Source: Pseudomonadota bacterium (GTDB lineage Bacteria; Pseudomonadota; Gammaproteobacteria; Burkholderiales; Burkholderiaceae). From it: DNA of 36,763 nucleotides. Below the pieces are notes generated by a model, which searched no databases, was not told the DNA's origin, and saw only the letters and a program-made list of their open reading frames with translations. Shown here piece after piece: positions 1-11,069 of the stretch (position 1 is its first letter; each line of letters begins with the position of its first letter). A program made the position numbers and the translations under genes. Location: contig JBJOKN010000009.1 of assembly GCA_046046075.1 (NCBI GenBank), forward strand, positions 1 to 36,763, written 5' to 3'.

Positions 1-1025
1 CCAGTCATTGATTTGGTTGAGTTCACAACCACTTTCTTCGCGGCATCACCCAAAGCTGCCTTCAAGGCATCCGTCTCATTTTTATCGCCCAAAGGCGTTG
101 AAGTGCCATGAGCGTTCACATAGTTCACTTGATCAGGATTAACTCCAGCATCTTTCAATGCATTGACCATGCAGCGACGTGGGCCGTCCATATTTGGAGC
201 AGTCATGTGATACGCATCGCCACTCATACCAAAACCAGCTAACTCAGCATAAATCTTTGCGCCGCGGGCTTTAGCGTGTTCGTATTCTTCCAAAATCATG
301 ACACCAGCCCCCTCACCCAAAACAAAACCGTCACGGTCTTTGTCCCATGGACGAGAAGCAGTTGCTGGATCATCATTTCTTGTTGATAGCGCTCTGGCTG
401 CAGCAAAACCACCAACTCCCAAAGGAGAAATTGTGGATTCGGCGCCACCAGCAATCATCACGTCCGCATCACCATACTGAATCAAGCGAGCCGCCAAGCC
501 AATGCTGTGCAAACCTGTTGTACAGGCAGTCACAGCAGCAACGTTAGGACCTTTGAGATTCAAATTAATGCTCAAGTGACCAGAAATCATATTGATGATT
601 GAACCTGGCACAAAGAACGGTGAAATGCGGCGAGCACCACGAGTGGTGTACTCAGTATGGGTTTCTTCAATCATTGGTAATCCACCAATGCCTGAACCAA
701 CCAATACACCAATTCTTTCAGAATTGGCTTCTGTAACTTCTAAACCAGAGTCTTTAAAAGCCTGTGTTCCAGCAGCAATGCCGTAATGGATGAATGTATC
801 CATGTGGCGAGCTTCTTTAGCAGAAATATAGTCTTCAATATTGAAGCCCTTTACCTCGCCGCCGAAATGCACATTTAAGCCAGAGTGATCAAACTTAGTG
901 ATGGTGGCAATACCACTGCGCCCCGCCAATAAATTTTCCCAGGCAGCACCAACAGTATTACCCACCGGTGAAACCAAACCCAATCCGGTAATAACTACCC
1001 GGCGTTGACCTTTATTCTGGCTCAC
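1..1025 (-). CDS. fabF: 3-oxoacyl-ACP synthase II (partial, 3' end outside window)
   Basis: Manual translation from GTG at 1025: [15 protein letters not shown]...VTACTTG (catalytic Cys)...[10 protein letters not shown]...[13 protein letters not shown]...NSTKSMTG; directly downstream of acpP; missing from the ORF track because it runs off the edge. Confidence 0.96.
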   Translation of the reverse strand, partial: MSQNKGQRRVVITGLGLVSPVGNTVGAAWENLLAGRSGIATITKFDHSGLNVHFGGEVKGFNIEDYISAKEARHMDTFIHYGIAAGTQAFKDSGLEVTEANSERIGVLVGSGIGGLPMIEETHTEYTTRGARRISPFFVPGSIINMISGHLSINLNLKGPNVAAVTACTTGLHSIGLAARLIQYGDADVMIAGGAESTISPLGVGGFAAARALSTRNDDPATASRPWDKDRDGFVLGEGAGVMILEEYEHAKARGAKIYAELAGFGMSGDAYHMTAPNMDGPRRCMVNALKDAGVNPDQVNYVNAHGTSTPLGDKNETDALKAALGDAAKKVVVNSTKSMT

Positions 1026-1031
1026 AGCTAA

Positions 1032-1268
1032 TTAGCCTTGCTTGGACTTAGCGAAATCGATAGCCAATTGCACAGTCGTGATTTTTTCAGCTTCTTCATC
1101 AGGAATTTCGATGCCGAATTCATCTTCCAATGCCATTACCAATTCAACTGTGTCGAGAGAATCTGCGCCCAAGTCATTAACGAAAGAAGATTCATTCTTG
1201 ATTTCTGCTTCGTCTTTGCCTAATTGCTCGGCTACGATTTTCTTAACGCGTTGTTCGATGTTATCCAT
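1032..1268 (-). CDS. acpP: Acyl carrier protein
   Basis: 78 aa acidic protein with [12 protein letters not shown] phosphopantetheine-Ser motif. Confidence 0.98.
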   Translation of the reverse strand: MDNIEQRVKKIVAEQLGKDEAEIKNESSFVNDLGADSLDTVELVMALEDEFGIEIPDEEAEKITTVQLAIDFAKSKQG

Positions 1269-1331
1269 TTAATCCCCCAAGGGTTGTTGTAAAAATATTG
1301 AAAAGAGATTTTATCAGCTTATTTGACCAAA

Positions 1332-2072
1332 TTAGCTCAAATAAAGTCCACCATTCACATGAAGTGTCGTTCCCGTGATGTATCCAGCCCCTGGAGACGC
1401 CAAAAATGCTACCGCATGGGCAATATCTTCAGGTGTTCCAAGACGTTGAAGGGGAATATTCGCTTTTAGTGAATTTTGTTGGTCTTCTGAGAGGGCTTTG
1501 GTCATATCTGTGTCGATAAAACCAGGTGCCACGCAGTTAACTGTGATGTTACGGCTACCGATTTCTCGGGCTAAAGCTCGGCTCATACCAGCCACACCCG
1601 CTTTTGCGGCAGCATAATTGGCCTGCCCTGGGTTACCGCTGCTACCCACCACGGATGTGATGTTGATGATTCGACCACCTTTGGCCTTCATCATTGGGCG
1701 TAAAACACCTCTGGCCAAGCGGAAAACCGCGCTTAAATTGGTATCAATCACTGATGACCATTCTTCGTCTTTCATGCGCATGGCCAAATTATCTTGGGTA
1801 ATACCAGCGTTATTCACCAAAATATTCAAGGCACCACGTTCTTTAACAATGCTATCGATCAAGGCTTCGCAAGCAGCTGCATCATTCACATTCAAAACTG
1901 CACCAGCACCACCACTTGGCTTTAATGCGGCATCAATGTCTTTAGCGCCAGATTCACTTGTTGCAGTGCCAATGACCACTGCGCCCTGCTTTGCCAACTC
2001 CATGGCAATGGCACGGCCAATTCCACGAGATGCGCCGGTAACCAAGGCAATTTGTCCAGTTAATGTGCTCAC
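1332..2072 (-). CDS. fabG: 3-oxoacyl-ACP reductase
   Basis: SDR motifs TGASRGIG, NNAG, YAAAK; GTG at 2072 chosen because GGGAG lies just upstream. Confidence 0.96.
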   Translation of the reverse strand: MSTLTGQIALVTGASRGIGRAIAMELAKQGAVVIGTATSESGAKDIDAALKPSGGAGAVLNVNDAAACEALIDSIVKERGALNILVNNAGITQDNLAMRMKDEEWSSVIDTNLSAVFRLARGVLRPMMKAKGGRIINITSVVGSSGNPGQANYAAAKAGVAGMSRALAREIGSRNITVNCVAPGFIDTDMTKALSEDQQNSLKANIPLQRLGTPEDIAHAVAFLASPGAGYITGTTLHVNGGLYLS

Positions 2073-2144
2073 AATTTCTCCCAAACTTAGTTCACTGCTA
2101 TATCAGATACACAACTCTGATTGTTAATTTTTAATCGCTAATTT

Positions 2145-3083
2145 TTAAGCTTTGATGACAGCCATTACTTCAGCCATGGTGGCAGGATCATAAACAGCCA
2201 AACCATTTAAATCACCATTGATGCGTTTAGTCATGCCAGTTAATACTTTCCCAGGGCCACACTCAACAACATGAGTGATGCCCAGCGCTGCAATCGCTTG
2301 AACAGTCTCAACCCAACGAACTGGGGCCGCCGCTTGTCTGACCAAGGCATTTTTAATAGCTGCAGGATCTTTTAATACGCTGACATCCACGTTGTTAATC
2401 ACGTCGATGCTTGGCGCTTTGAATGTTTTATCAGCCAAATAAGTTTCTAATTTTTGAGAAGCGGGCTTTAATAATGATGAGTGAAATGGCGCAGATACTG
2501 GCAATGGTAAAGCGCGTTTTGCACCAGCTTCTTTGGCAAGCTCACAAGCTTTTTCTACACCAGCTTTTGAACCAGCAATCACCACTTGCGCTGGCGCGTT
2601 GTAGTTCACAGCTTCAACCACTTCACCAGTGGCTGATTGCGCATCTGCACATGCTTTGCGAACAGCATCATCATCCAAACCTAAAATAGCTGCCATACCA
2701 CCTGTTCCAACAGGCACAGCATCTTGCATTGCTTGGGCACGGAATCTCACCATCGGTACAGCGTCTTTGAATTCAATCACACCTGAAGCAACCAAAGCAC
2801 CATATTCACCCAAACTGTGGCCAGCCATCACTGATGCAGCAGGGCCACCTGCCGCGATCCAAGCGCGATAACAAGCAACACCGGCCGTCAACATCACAGG
2901 CTGTGTATTAGTAGTCAAAGAAAGTGCTTCTGCAGGACCTTCTGAGATTAATTTTGCAATGTCCTCACCCAAAGCTTCTGAAGCTTCAGCCAAAGTTCTT
3001 TTAACTTCAGCGTTATCACCCCAAGCATTCAGCATGCCGACTGCTTGAGAACCTTGACCGGGGAATACAAATGCAAATTTCAT
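2145..3083 (-). CDS. fabD: Malonyl-CoA-ACP transacylase
   Basis: FPGQGSQ, GHSLGEY, VSAPFHS motifs. Confidence 0.97.
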   Translation of the reverse strand: MKFAFVFPGQGSQAVGMLNAWGDNAEVKRTLAEASEALGEDIAKLISEGPAEALSLTTNTQPVMLTAGVACYRAWIAAGGPAASVMAGHSLGEYGALVASGVIEFKDAVPMVRFRAQAMQDAVPVGTGGMAAILGLDDDAVRKACADAQSATGEVVEAVNYNAPAQVVIAGSKAGVEKACELAKEAGAKRALPLPVSAPFHSSLLKPASQKLETYLADKTFKAPSIDVINNVDVSVLKDPAAIKNALVRQAAAPVRWVETVQAIAALGITHVVECGPGKVLTGMTKRINGDLNGLAVYDPATMAEVMAVIKA

Positions 3084-3186
3084 GAAAATTCCTGTGATTT
3101 TTTTAAGTGATTTAGCTTATTAATTTTTTAACTTATTCAATCTTTAAATTATTTAATGACTTAATTTGTTTCTGATGATCTCACTA

Positions 3187-4185
3187 TCAGTACTTAACAA
3201 CTGCCGCAGCCCAGGTGAAACCACCACCCACACCTTCCATCAGAAGATGTTGCCCGCGCTTGATTTGACCAGCACGAATGGCTGTATCCAGTGCCAAAGG
3301 AATTGATGCGGCTGATGTGTTGCCATGATCTTGCACAGTCACAACCACATGATCCAAAGCAATGCCTAATTTTTTAGCAGTGCCTTCCATGATTCGAATA
3401 TTGGCTTGGTGAGGAATCAACCAATCAATGTCTGCAGGCGTTAATTTTGCAGCCGTTAGAACTTCCTGAGCTACTTGCTCTAAAACTTTCACAGCCAATT
3501 TAAATACTGCTTGGCCATCCATTTTCAAAAAGGCAGAGCCTTCTAAAGCGCCGTGCTCAGTTCTTCCTGGCACACACAAAATTTCACGATGGCTACCATC
3601 TGCATGCATGGCAGCAGCCAAAATGCCTGGTTCATCACTCGCACCCACCACCACTGCTCCAGCACCATCACCGAAGAGCACGCAAGTGCCGCGATCTTTG
3701 AAATCTAAAATCCTTGAGAATGTCTCAGCACCTACGATCAACACTTTTTGATGCATACCACTGCGAATAAAACTATCAGCAACTGCCAAAGAGTATGCAA
3801 ATCCAGAACAAACAGCTTGCACATCAAATGCTGCACATTGATTCGTGATACCTAATTTATCTTGGAGGACGCAAGCGGTACTTGGAAATCCACCCAAGTT
3901 ATCGGGTGTTGATGTCGCCAAAATAATTAAATCGATGTCATTGGCAGTAATACCTGCTGCTTCGATCGCTTTTTTAGATGCTTCCAAAGCAAGGTCGCTG
4001 GTCAACTCATGAGCGGCAGCGAAATGACGCGCACTGATGCCGCTTCTTGAAAAAATCCACTCATCACTGGTTTCAATACCATCTTTGGCAAGTCTTTCAG
4101 TGATCTGTGCATTGGTCACTTTGTTGGCCGGCAAATAGCTGCCTGTGCCAAGAATTTTTGCGTATCGCTGGGTCACTTGAGTCAT
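3187..4185 (-). CDS. fabH: 3-oxoacyl-ACP synthase III
   Basis: AVCSGF (Cys), PHQAN (His), GNTSAAS (Asn), GGGFTW. Confidence 0.96.
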   Translation of the reverse strand: MTQVTQRYAKILGTGSYLPANKVTNAQITERLAKDGIETSDEWIFSRSGISARHFAAAHELTSDLALEASKKAIEAAGITANDIDLIILATSTPDNLGGFPSTACVLQDKLGITNQCAAFDVQAVCSGFAYSLAVADSFIRSGMHQKVLIVGAETFSRILDFKDRGTCVLFGDGAGAVVVGASDEPGILAAAMHADGSHREILCVPGRTEHGALEGSAFLKMDGQAVFKLAVKVLEQVAQEVLTAAKLTPADIDWLIPHQANIRIMEGTAKKLGIALDHVVVTVQDHGNTSAASIPLALDTAIRAGQIKRGQHLLMEGVGGGFTWAAAVVKY

Positions 4186-4197
4186 TGAATTGAATCC

Positions 4198-5235
4198 TTA
4201 TGCCACGGTCTCATTGCCAGAGTTTGTCGCATGCGTCACCATGAATGCATCAGCCACTTTTCCAACCATATTATTTTTAGCGCCTTCATAGGCTCTTCGC
4301 AAAGCAGTTGTGAATGCTTTTTTATCTGCTGAGCCATGACTTTTTAGAACCAAGCCACGCAAACCTAAAAGCACTGCACCATTGTAATTACGATGATCAA
4401 CGCGCTTTTTAAAACGAAGTAAAACTGGCATTGCCGCTAAAGCCATCAAACGACTCAACCAATTACGTCCAAATTCTTCTTTGATCATTCCAGAAATCAT
4501 GTAAGCCAAACCTTCACTGGTCTTTAGCGCCACGTTTCCAACAAAACCATCACACACCACAATATTGGTGGTGCCTTTAAAAATATCATTGCCTTCAACG
4601 TTGCCGTAGAAGTTCAAGCTACTTTGGCGCAACAACTCACCCGCCTCTTTAACCACCTGATTGCCCTTGATCACTTCTTCACCAATGTTCAAAAGACCAA
4701 TCGTAGGGTTAGCAATGCCGTCAACGGCTCTGGCCATCACATCAGCCATTTGTGCGAACTGCATCAAATGAATGGCTTCACAGTCAGCGTTGGCGCCCAA
4801 ATCTAAAACAATCGTGCCGCGACCTAATTGATTTGGCATGACCGCAGCAATCGCTGGACGATCAATACCATCCAAAGTTTTTAATACGTAACGAGAAATC
4901 GCCATCAAGGCGCCTGTATTGCCAGCGGAAATAGCTGCCTGAGCATGACCTTCTTTGACTTGCTCTGCAGCAACGCGCATGGATGAGTCTTTTTTCTTGC
5001 GCAAAGCGACCTCAATGGAATCATCCATCGTGACAACTTCTGAGGCATGGACGACCGTGATCCGGCTCTTAATTTCAGAGGGAACATTGGCTAACGCCTG
5101 ATTGATTAAATCAGCGTTACCGACGAGTCTTATATGTAAATCTGGCAACTCTGCCAGAAGGCCTGTGCTGGCGGGTACTGTGACCACTAGACCGTGGTCT
5201 CCACCCATCGCATCAACTGCTAGCGTGACGCTCAT
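4198..5235 (-). CDS. plsX: Phosphate acyltransferase PlsX
   Basis: [11 protein letters not shown]-terminus, SAGNTGA, DLGAN, KSHG; lies between rpmF and fabH. Confidence 0.96.
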   Translation of the reverse strand: MSVTLAVDAMGGDHGLVVTVPASTGLLAELPDLHIRLVGNADLINQALANVPSEIKSRITVVHASEVVTMDDSIEVALRKKKDSSMRVAAEQVKEGHAQAAISAGNTGALMAISRYVLKTLDGIDRPAIAAVMPNQLGRGTIVLDLGANADCEAIHLMQFAQMADVMARAVDGIANPTIGLLNIGEEVIKGNQVVKEAGELLRQSSLNFYGNVEGNDIFKGTTNIVVCDGFVGNVALKTSEGLAYMISGMIKEEFGRNWLSRLMALAAMPVLLRFKKRVDHRNYNGAVLLGLRGLVLKSHGSADKKAFTTALRRAYEGAKNNMVGKVADAFMVTHATNSGNETVA

Positions 5236-5253
5236 GAAAATTGTTTTTTTAAG

Positions 5254-5281
5254 AAAAAAGCGGCTACTGTTCGTGCCGCTT
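5254..5281 (-). terminator. Probable intrinsic terminator after rpmF
   Basis: Minus strand AAGCGGC-N10-GCCGCTT followed by a T run. Confidence 0.65.
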
Positions 5282-5301
5282 GATCTTTTCCTAAGAGGAA
5301 A

Positions 5302-5481
5302 TTAGTCGTTCTTAGTCTTAACAACTTTACGACCACGGTAGTAGCCATTTGGGCTGATGTGGTGACGTAAGTGAGCTTCACCAGTCGTTGGCTCAACTGC
5401 CAATGAAGGTGCAGACAAAAAGTCGTGCGCACGGTGCATGCCACGCTTTGACGGTGATTTTTTATTCTGTTGAACAGCCAT
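5302..5481 (-). CDS. rpmF: 50S ribosomal protein L32 (Cys-less form)
   Basis: Manual translation [59 protein letters not shown] (59 aa, below the ORF-track cutoff); AGGAG SD and TGcTAGAAT extended -10 upstream. Confidence 0.97.
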   Translation of the reverse strand: MAVQQNKKSPSKRGMHRAHDFLSAPSLAVEPTTGEAHLRHHISPNGYYRGRKVVKTKND

Positions 5482-5520
5482 GTTTTTACTCCTAAACGAA
5501 TCCGAGATTCTAGCATAAAG

Positions 5521-6120
5521 TCATTGTTTCTTGAGCTTTTCTAGGATTGCAAATGGATTGGGCTTCTTGATGATGATCTCTTCTGACCCCGATTTAAGGG
5601 TTTTGTGCACTTTTTGAAGGTCTTCTGGCTTGCACTCGCCATCAGGATGCTTGGCAATCAAAGGCAAGGTTAAAAGCAGCTCTTCCTCAATGGTTTCCAA
5701 TAAATTAAAGGTTTCAGAGGATACCAAGGCATCTTCAGCGTCTTGATTTTCCTCATCAAAATCCCAGGCTTCAGCCTCTTCTTCGGTCTCAAAAAGGATG
5801 TAATCACGGTCTGAATCCAATGATTCAATATAGGGCTGCAAACAGGCTTGGCAGGTCAATGGCAAATCAAGCGCTAGACGTAAGTGCATGTATTGCATAG
5901 GAATTGTCCCTAAACGCTCCTCAAACCAAGTACTCACCTCCCAGTGCACTCCTGAAGGCTGGAAATTAGCCTCAACCGTCATTTCCTGTAACAATCTAGG
6001 AAAGTGAGATAGTTCGAGCACCCCCTGACCGATGTAAGTCAGGCCAGACCTGGTATCAATAGATTGAAGGTCTTTGGCATTATTCGGCAAAATGTGGGGT
6101 GTCGTATTTTTTGAATTCAT
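5521..6120 (-). CDS. yceD: DUF177/YceD family 23S rRNA accumulation protein
   Basis: CQACL motif, IEEELLLTLP, C-terminal NPFAILEKLK; upstream of rpmF; ATG 6120 chosen to avoid overlap with maf. Confidence 0.88.
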   Translation of the reverse strand: MNSKNTTPHILPNNAKDLQSIDTRSGLTYIGQGVLELSHFPRLLQEMTVEANFQPSGVHWEVSTWFEERLGTIPMQYMHLRLALDLPLTCQACLQPYIESLDSDRDYILFETEEEAEAWDFDEENQDAEDALVSSETFNLLETIEEELLLTLPLIAKHPDGECKPEDLQKVHKTLKSGSEEIIIKKPNPFAILEKLKKQ

Positions 6121-6133
6121 ACCGAAAGCATAA

Positions 6134-6766
6134 ATGAGTGCCGCCCCTAACCCAAGTAATTTATCCAATAATCAAGCCAGTCAAAGCAAAAAATTGATCT
6201 TGGCGTCTACCTCCAAATACAGGAGAGAATTATTGGGTCGCTTGGGTTTAGCTTTTGAGACCATTTCCCCAGAAGTAGATGAAACACCCTTAGCTAATGA
6301 AAGCCCAGAATTGATGGCCATTCGTTTGGCCCAGGCCAAAGCATTGGCCGTATCACTATCCAACCCTTCGACCTGCGTGATTGGCTCTGATCAGGTGGTT
6401 GATTTGAATGGCGTTGCCATGGGCAAACCAGGTGACCATAAAAATGCAATGGCACAACTACAAAAGTTGCGTGGTCAAACTGTGAAATTTCACACGGCTG
6501 TTTGCGTGGCCCATGCAGGATCCGCAAAAACTGTGAACGTCATCACCGAAGTTAAATTCAGACAACTCGCAGATGATGTTCTAGAAGCTTATCTTTTGGC
6601 AGAGACACCTTACGATTGTGCTGGCAGTGCTAAATCGGAAGGTTTGGGTATTTGTCTTTTAGAACATGTGCGCAGTGATGATCCCACCGCTTTGATTGGC
6701 TTGCCATTGATAACAGTTTGCTCACTGTTGCGTGAGGCAGGCTTTTCTATCCCACTAGATAGATGA
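6134..6766 (+). CDS. maf: Maf family nucleotide pyrophosphatase (YceF-like)
   Basis: LILASTSKYRRELL, GSDQV, GKP, CAGSAKSEGLG. Confidence 0.93.
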   Translation: MSAAPNPSNLSNNQASQSKKLILASTSKYRRELLGRLGLAFETISPEVDETPLANESPELMAIRLAQAKALAVSLSNPSTCVIGSDQVVDLNGVAMGKPGDHKNAMAQLQKLRGQTVKFHTAVCVAHAGSAKTVNVITEVKFRQLADDVLEAYLLAETPYDCAGSAKSEGLGICLLEHVRSDDPTALIGLPLITVCSLLREAGFSIPLDR

Positions 6767-6776
6767 TCAATTAAAA

Positions 6777-7538
6777 ATGCCAGGCACTCTTTATTTAATT
6801 CCGAACACCTTGGGTGATGATGATCGTGAATCTCAACTCAATCATGTCATGCCACGAGATACGATCGAGCAAGCTTCTCAGCTTCGCCATTGGATTGTTG
6901 AAAACGCAAAAACTGCCAGGGCTCTTTTAAAAGCAGTTGGATCACAATCGCCATTGATCTGCCCCATTCAAGAAATGCAGATGACTGAGTGGCGCGGGCC
7001 CGGAAAAGAATCTCATGGATCGACAAACTTAAAAGCCATGCTTCAACCATTACTCGATGGTCATGACATGGGCTTGATGTCTGAAGCTGGTCTGCCAGCG
7101 ATTGCTGACCCAGGATCAGATGTTGTGAAGACTGCTCATCAAATGGGCATTCCCGTGCGCGCCTTGATTGGTCCGAATTCTTTGTTATTGGCATTGATGT
7201 CATCTGGCATGAATGGTCAAAGCTTTGCTTTTCATGGTTACATCGCCGTGAAAGATCCTGAAAGAACTGCGGCACTCAAACAATTAGAACAAGAGTCGAA
7301 GAGAAAGCACCAGACTCAATTGTGGATTGAAACTCCTTATCGCAACGCAGCCATGATTGAAGCCATGCTTCAATCCCTACAGGGCAACACTCAAATGTGC
7401 GTGGCAGCTGATTTGAGTTTGCCCAATGCTCTGGTGATTTCTAAAACCGTCAGTGCTTGGCAAGCGCACATAAAAAAAGAGCCTGGATTACTCCAAGCTC
7501 TTCATCAACGACCTGCCGTGTTCTTGATACTGGCCTAG
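6777..7538 (+). CDS. SAM-dependent tetrapyrrole-methylase-family (RsmI-like) methyltransferase
   Basis: GTLYLIPN, SEAGLPAIADPG, FAFHGY, IETPYRN. Confidence 0.85.
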   Translation: MPGTLYLIPNTLGDDDRESQLNHVMPRDTIEQASQLRHWIVENAKTARALLKAVGSQSPLICPIQEMQMTEWRGPGKESHGSTNLKAMLQPLLDGHDMGLMSEAGLPAIADPGSDVVKTAHQMGIPVRALIGPNSLLLALMSSGMNGQSFAFHGYIAVKDPERTAALKQLEQESKRKHQTQLWIETPYRNAAMIEAMLQSLQGNTQMCVAADLSLPNALVISKTVSAWQAHIKKEPGLLQALHQRPAVFLILA

Positions 7539-7570
7539 TCTAGTCTTGTGTTGAGTTGATCTTTAATAGA

Positions 7571-8509
7571 TCAGCGTAACTGACCACCATACATCAACAC
7601 CCTGGTAGCGCCCTCACCCATCGCAGCACCAAAACGCTTGGCGACTCTTTCAGCCAAATTATCTTTCATGGTGTAGTCAACAATGGTTGATGCTTTGAAA
7701 ACATCACGAGCCACTGTATCGACACTGCCCAAGCCATCACTCAAACCCAGCTCAACACTCTTCGCACCATTCCATACCAAACCAGTGAACATGTCTGGAG
7801 TTTCTTTCAAGCGATCGCCACGTCCCGTGCGCACCACCTTGATGAATTGCTCGTGCACCTCATTGATCATTCCTTGAACAAATTCTTTTTGCTTGGGATC
7901 TTGTTTACTGAATGGATCCAAGAGCGCTTTATTTTTTCCAGCTGCGATGGCGCGGCGTTCAATCCCCAACTTCTCCATCAAACCAGTCACGCCAAAGCCA
8001 TTCATGATCACACCGATAGAACCAACCAAACTGGCTTTATCAACATAAATGTTTTCAGCGGCAGAAGCCACGTAGTAACCACCTGAGGCGCAAATCTCTT
8101 CAACCACCACGTGTAAGGATTTTTGTGGGTACTTGGCACGCAAGCGCAACATTTCATCGTGAATGATGCCGGACTGAACTGGTGAACCACCAGGACTGTT
8201 GATGCGCAAAATAACACCAACACTCTCAGAGTTTTCAAAGGCCGCCTGTAAAGATGCATTGATTGCATCTGCACTGGCCTTGGTATCTGGCGCAATCTCA
8301 CCTTGCAAATCAACCAAAGCCGTGTGCTTACCCATACTGGACTTACCAGCAATATCAATATCAAATAAATTGATGGCAACACCAACAAAAACTACCAATG
8401 TCATCAAGCGCACAGCCGTTCTCCAACGACGCCCGCGACGCTGCTCTTTGAGGTTCTCTAACAACAGATGTTCTAACGCCTGTTTTTCCCAGACTTTTTC
8501 ATCAGACAT
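7571..8509 (-). CDS. S49 family signal peptide peptidase (SppA-like)
   Basis: N-terminal TM segment, INSPGGS, CASGGYYVA, VGSIGV. Confidence 0.92.
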   Translation of the reverse strand: MSDEKVWEKQALEHLLLENLKEQRRGRRWRTAVRLMTLVVFVGVAINLFDIDIAGKSSMGKHTALVDLQGEIAPDTKASADAINASLQAAFENSESVGVILRINSPGGSPVQSGIIHDEMLRLRAKYPQKSLHVVVEEICASGGYYVASAAENIYVDKASLVGSIGVIMNGFGVTGLMEKLGIERRAIAAGKNKALLDPFSKQDPKQKEFVQGMINEVHEQFIKVVRTGRGDRLKETPDMFTGLVWNGAKSVELGLSDGLGSVDTVARDVFKASTIVDYTMKDNLAERVAKRFGAAMGEGATRVLMYGGQLR

Positions 8510-8591
8510 GAATGACTCTCTTAATAAATCTAACTAATTTAATTTCAGCAATTCAATCAATTTGATTGGCTCAGGTAAGAGCTTAATCTTT

Positions 8592-9248
8592 TTATGCGTT
8601 ACTTGCTAACCACTCAGATAACTCCCGAACATTCTTGACGCAAACCAAAGGATTTTCAGTTTGCAAAACATGTTCAGGGTGCGCCCCATAAGTCACACCC
8701 ACCGCATCCGCTCCTGCAGCATTGGCCATCCCTAAATCATGCGTTGTGTCACCAATCATGAGAACTTTTTCCATGGGCACCATCAGCGATTCTGATAATT
8801 CCAACAACATGGCGGGATGCGGCTTCGATCTTGATTCATCAGGCGTGCGTGAATCTGCAAAAACCTTTTCCAATTGATGAAAGCCCAAAGAACGATTGAG
8901 ACCCTTGCGACTTTTGCCCGTTGCTACCGCCAAAAGATGTCCCCGATCTTTCAATTGGTGCAATAAATCTTTGGCGCCCTCAAACAAACTTAATTCGTGG
9001 TCTTTGCTCAAATAATGAAATCTAAAGCGATCAATCAATTTGTAGTGATCATCAACCGACACTGTCGGGCAGGCTTTGCGCAATGATTCCTGAATACCTA
9101 AACCAATCACGTGACTGGCAACAGAATCCTCTGGCACAGGCAAAGCCAAATCACGACATGCATCTTGAATGCACCGAACAATGGTGGGCGTGGAATCCAT
9201 CAAGGTCCCATCCCAATCCCACACAATTAATTCATAACGAAGTGACAT
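8592..9248 (-). CDS. HAD-IA family hydrolase (phosphoglycolate phosphatase-like)
   Basis: WDWDGTLMDS motif I, ATGK, KPHP, IGDTTHD. Confidence 0.9.
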   Translation of the reverse strand: MSLRYELIVWDWDGTLMDSTPTIVRCIQDACRDLALPVPEDSVASHVIGLGIQESLRKACPTVSVDDHYKLIDRFRFHYLSKDHELSLFEGAKDLLHQLKDRGHLLAVATGKSRKGLNRSLGFHQLEKVFADSRTPDESRSKPHPAMLLELSESLMVPMEKVLMIGDTTHDLGMANAAGADAVGVTYGAHPEHVLQTENPLVCVKNVRELSEWLASNA

Positions 9249-9255
9249 CAATTCC

Positions 9256-10131
9256 TTAAATGACTGGGTTTTCTAAAGTGCCAATGCCATCAATTTCAAT
9301 CTTGACGGTATCGCCCTTTTTCAAAAAACGAGGAGGCTTAAAGCCCATGCCAACGCCGCTTGGCGTCCCGGTAGCAATCACATCACCTGGATACAAGGTC
9401 ATGCCTTTTGAAATCGCTTCGATGATGGTTGGGATATTGAAGATCAATAATTCAGTGGTGGCATCCTGTCTTAACTCACCATTGACCCAGCACTTGATAG
9501 ATGCCTTGCTTGAATCTAGTTCATCCGCAGAAACCAACCATGGCCCCATTGGGCAAAAAGTATCAAAGCTTTTACCCAAATGAAATTGCACATGCTTTGC
9601 TTGCACATCACGAGCACTGATGTCATTGATGATGGTGTATCCCCAGATGTAACTCATGGCATCAGCTTGACTAATACCCTTGCCTTTTTTAGCAATCACC
9701 ACGGCTAACTCGGCTTCGTAATCCATTTCTTGCGTTGCCTGAGGATGACTATCAATGCCAACACGTGGGCCAATCACAGACTCTGGCACTTTACTGAACA
9801 CCACCGGGTGCTTTGGCAAGTTCGCCATGGCGCCTTGCGCCTCACCTAATTTACTATCTTTGATTTCTTTGACGTGATCCAAATAGTTTTTACCCACGCA
9901 AAAAATATTTCTATTTGGCTTAGGGATTGGAGCCATTAAACAGACATCTTTTAATGTAACCGCAGAACCCAAAGCGGGAAGAGCTTTGCCCTCAGCCATC
10001 AATTCAATGATTGCTAATGCACCACGTGCAGCATCTTCTTTACTCAATTGATAAGGCGTGACTGTTTGTAAATCTTGAGCAATAAGGCCCACGTATTGCT
10101 CGGCTTTGTATTGGTAAGTCGCTAACTTCAT
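9256..10131 (-). CDS. Fumarylacetoacetate hydrolase family protein
   Basis: CVGKNY, DYEAEL, NDISARD, GKSFDTFCPMGP, GDVIATGTPSGVG. Confidence 0.93.
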   Translation of the reverse strand: MKLATYQYKAEQYVGLIAQDLQTVTPYQLSKEDAARGALAIIELMAEGKALPALGSAVTLKDVCLMAPIPKPNRNIFCVGKNYLDHVKEIKDSKLGEAQGAMANLPKHPVVFSKVPESVIGPRVGIDSHPQATQEMDYEAELAVVIAKKGKGISQADAMSYIWGYTIINDISARDVQAKHVQFHLGKSFDTFCPMGPWLVSADELDSSKASIKCWVNGELRQDATTELLIFNIPTIIEAISKGMTLYPGDVIATGTPSGVGMGFKPPRFLKKGDTVKIEIDGIGTLENPVI

Positions 10132-11063
10132 GTTGTCTCCATTTTTTCAAATGCTTCGGGGATATCTGCCTCGAAAGTCATTTTTTCTTCTGTTTTAGGA
10201 TGAATGAATGATAAATGTCTTGCGTGCAATAAAAGTCTCTTAGGTTTCAACACTTTATCTAATTCTTGATCGCCGTACTTATCATCACCCAAAATAGGAT
10301 GACCATAGGTTTGTAAATGCACCCGAATTTGGTGGGTACGGCCAGTTTTCAGTTGAGCCTCAACCAAACTGCAAAGGCCATCGCGATAATTTGCTTTGAC
10401 CCGGATATTGGTATGACTTGGCTGACCCCCATCTGTGGCAACTCTGACCCGACGCTCGCCATTAGGAAGCAGGTATTTAAGTAAGGGGTATTTAAGCGGA
10501 ATCGACTTGGCACTGACCGGCAACTGACCATGCACTATTAATAAGTAGCGCTTTTCCATCTTTCCTTCACGAATTTGTTCGTGAAGATGAACCAAAGCAC
10601 TGCGTTTTTTGGCCAGCATCAAAATGCCAGAAGTGTCACGATCGAGTCTATGTACCAATTCTAAGAATTTGGCGTCTGGTCTTTGGGCTCTCATTGCCTC
10701 AATCAAGCCCAAAGAGACCCCTGAACCTCCATGCACAGCAATCCCAGATGGCTTATCTACCACTAAAATGCTGTCATCTTCATGCAAAATTCTTATTTCT
10801 TCATTCATCTTCTTTGAAATGAAGTCATTCGCTGGTGCTTTTGCCTCAGAAACTCGCAACGGTGGCAGGCGTAAAACATCCCCTTCTTGGATTTTTTGGC
10901 TGGCATCAGCCCTTTTTTTGTTCACCCTGACCTCGCCAGAGCGAATAATTCGGTAAATATGGGTCTTGGGCACCCCTTTTGCCATGCGAAACAGGAAATT
11001 ATCCAGCCTTTGGCCAGCTTCCTCAAATAAAACAATGTGTTGGGTTACCGAATTACTGTTCAT
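10128..11063 (-). CDS. rluC: 23S rRNA pseudouridine synthase C
   Basis: N-terminal S4 domain (QRLDNFL), HRLDRDTSG, GRTHQIRVH; divergent from rne. Confidence 0.93.
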   Translation of the reverse strand: MNSNSVTQHIVLFEEAGQRLDNFLFRMAKGVPKTHIYRIIRSGEVRVNKKRADASQKIQEGDVLRLPPLRVSEAKAPANDFISKKMNEEIRILHEDDSILVVDKPSGIAVHGGSGVSLGLIEAMRAQRPDAKFLELVHRLDRDTSGILMLAKKRSALVHLHEQIREGKMEKRYLLIVHGQLPVSAKSIPLKYPLLKYLLPNGERRVRVATDGGQPSHTNIRVKANYRDGLCSLVEAQLKTGRTHQIRVHLQTYGHPILGDDKYGDQELDKVLKPKRLLLHARHLSFIHPKTEEKMTFEADIPEAFEKMETT

Positions 11064-11069
11064 ATGACA

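Noticed and set aside
5232-5516. 94-aa minus-strand ORF in the track
   Set aside because: Alternative frame over the real rpmF gene (5302-5481)
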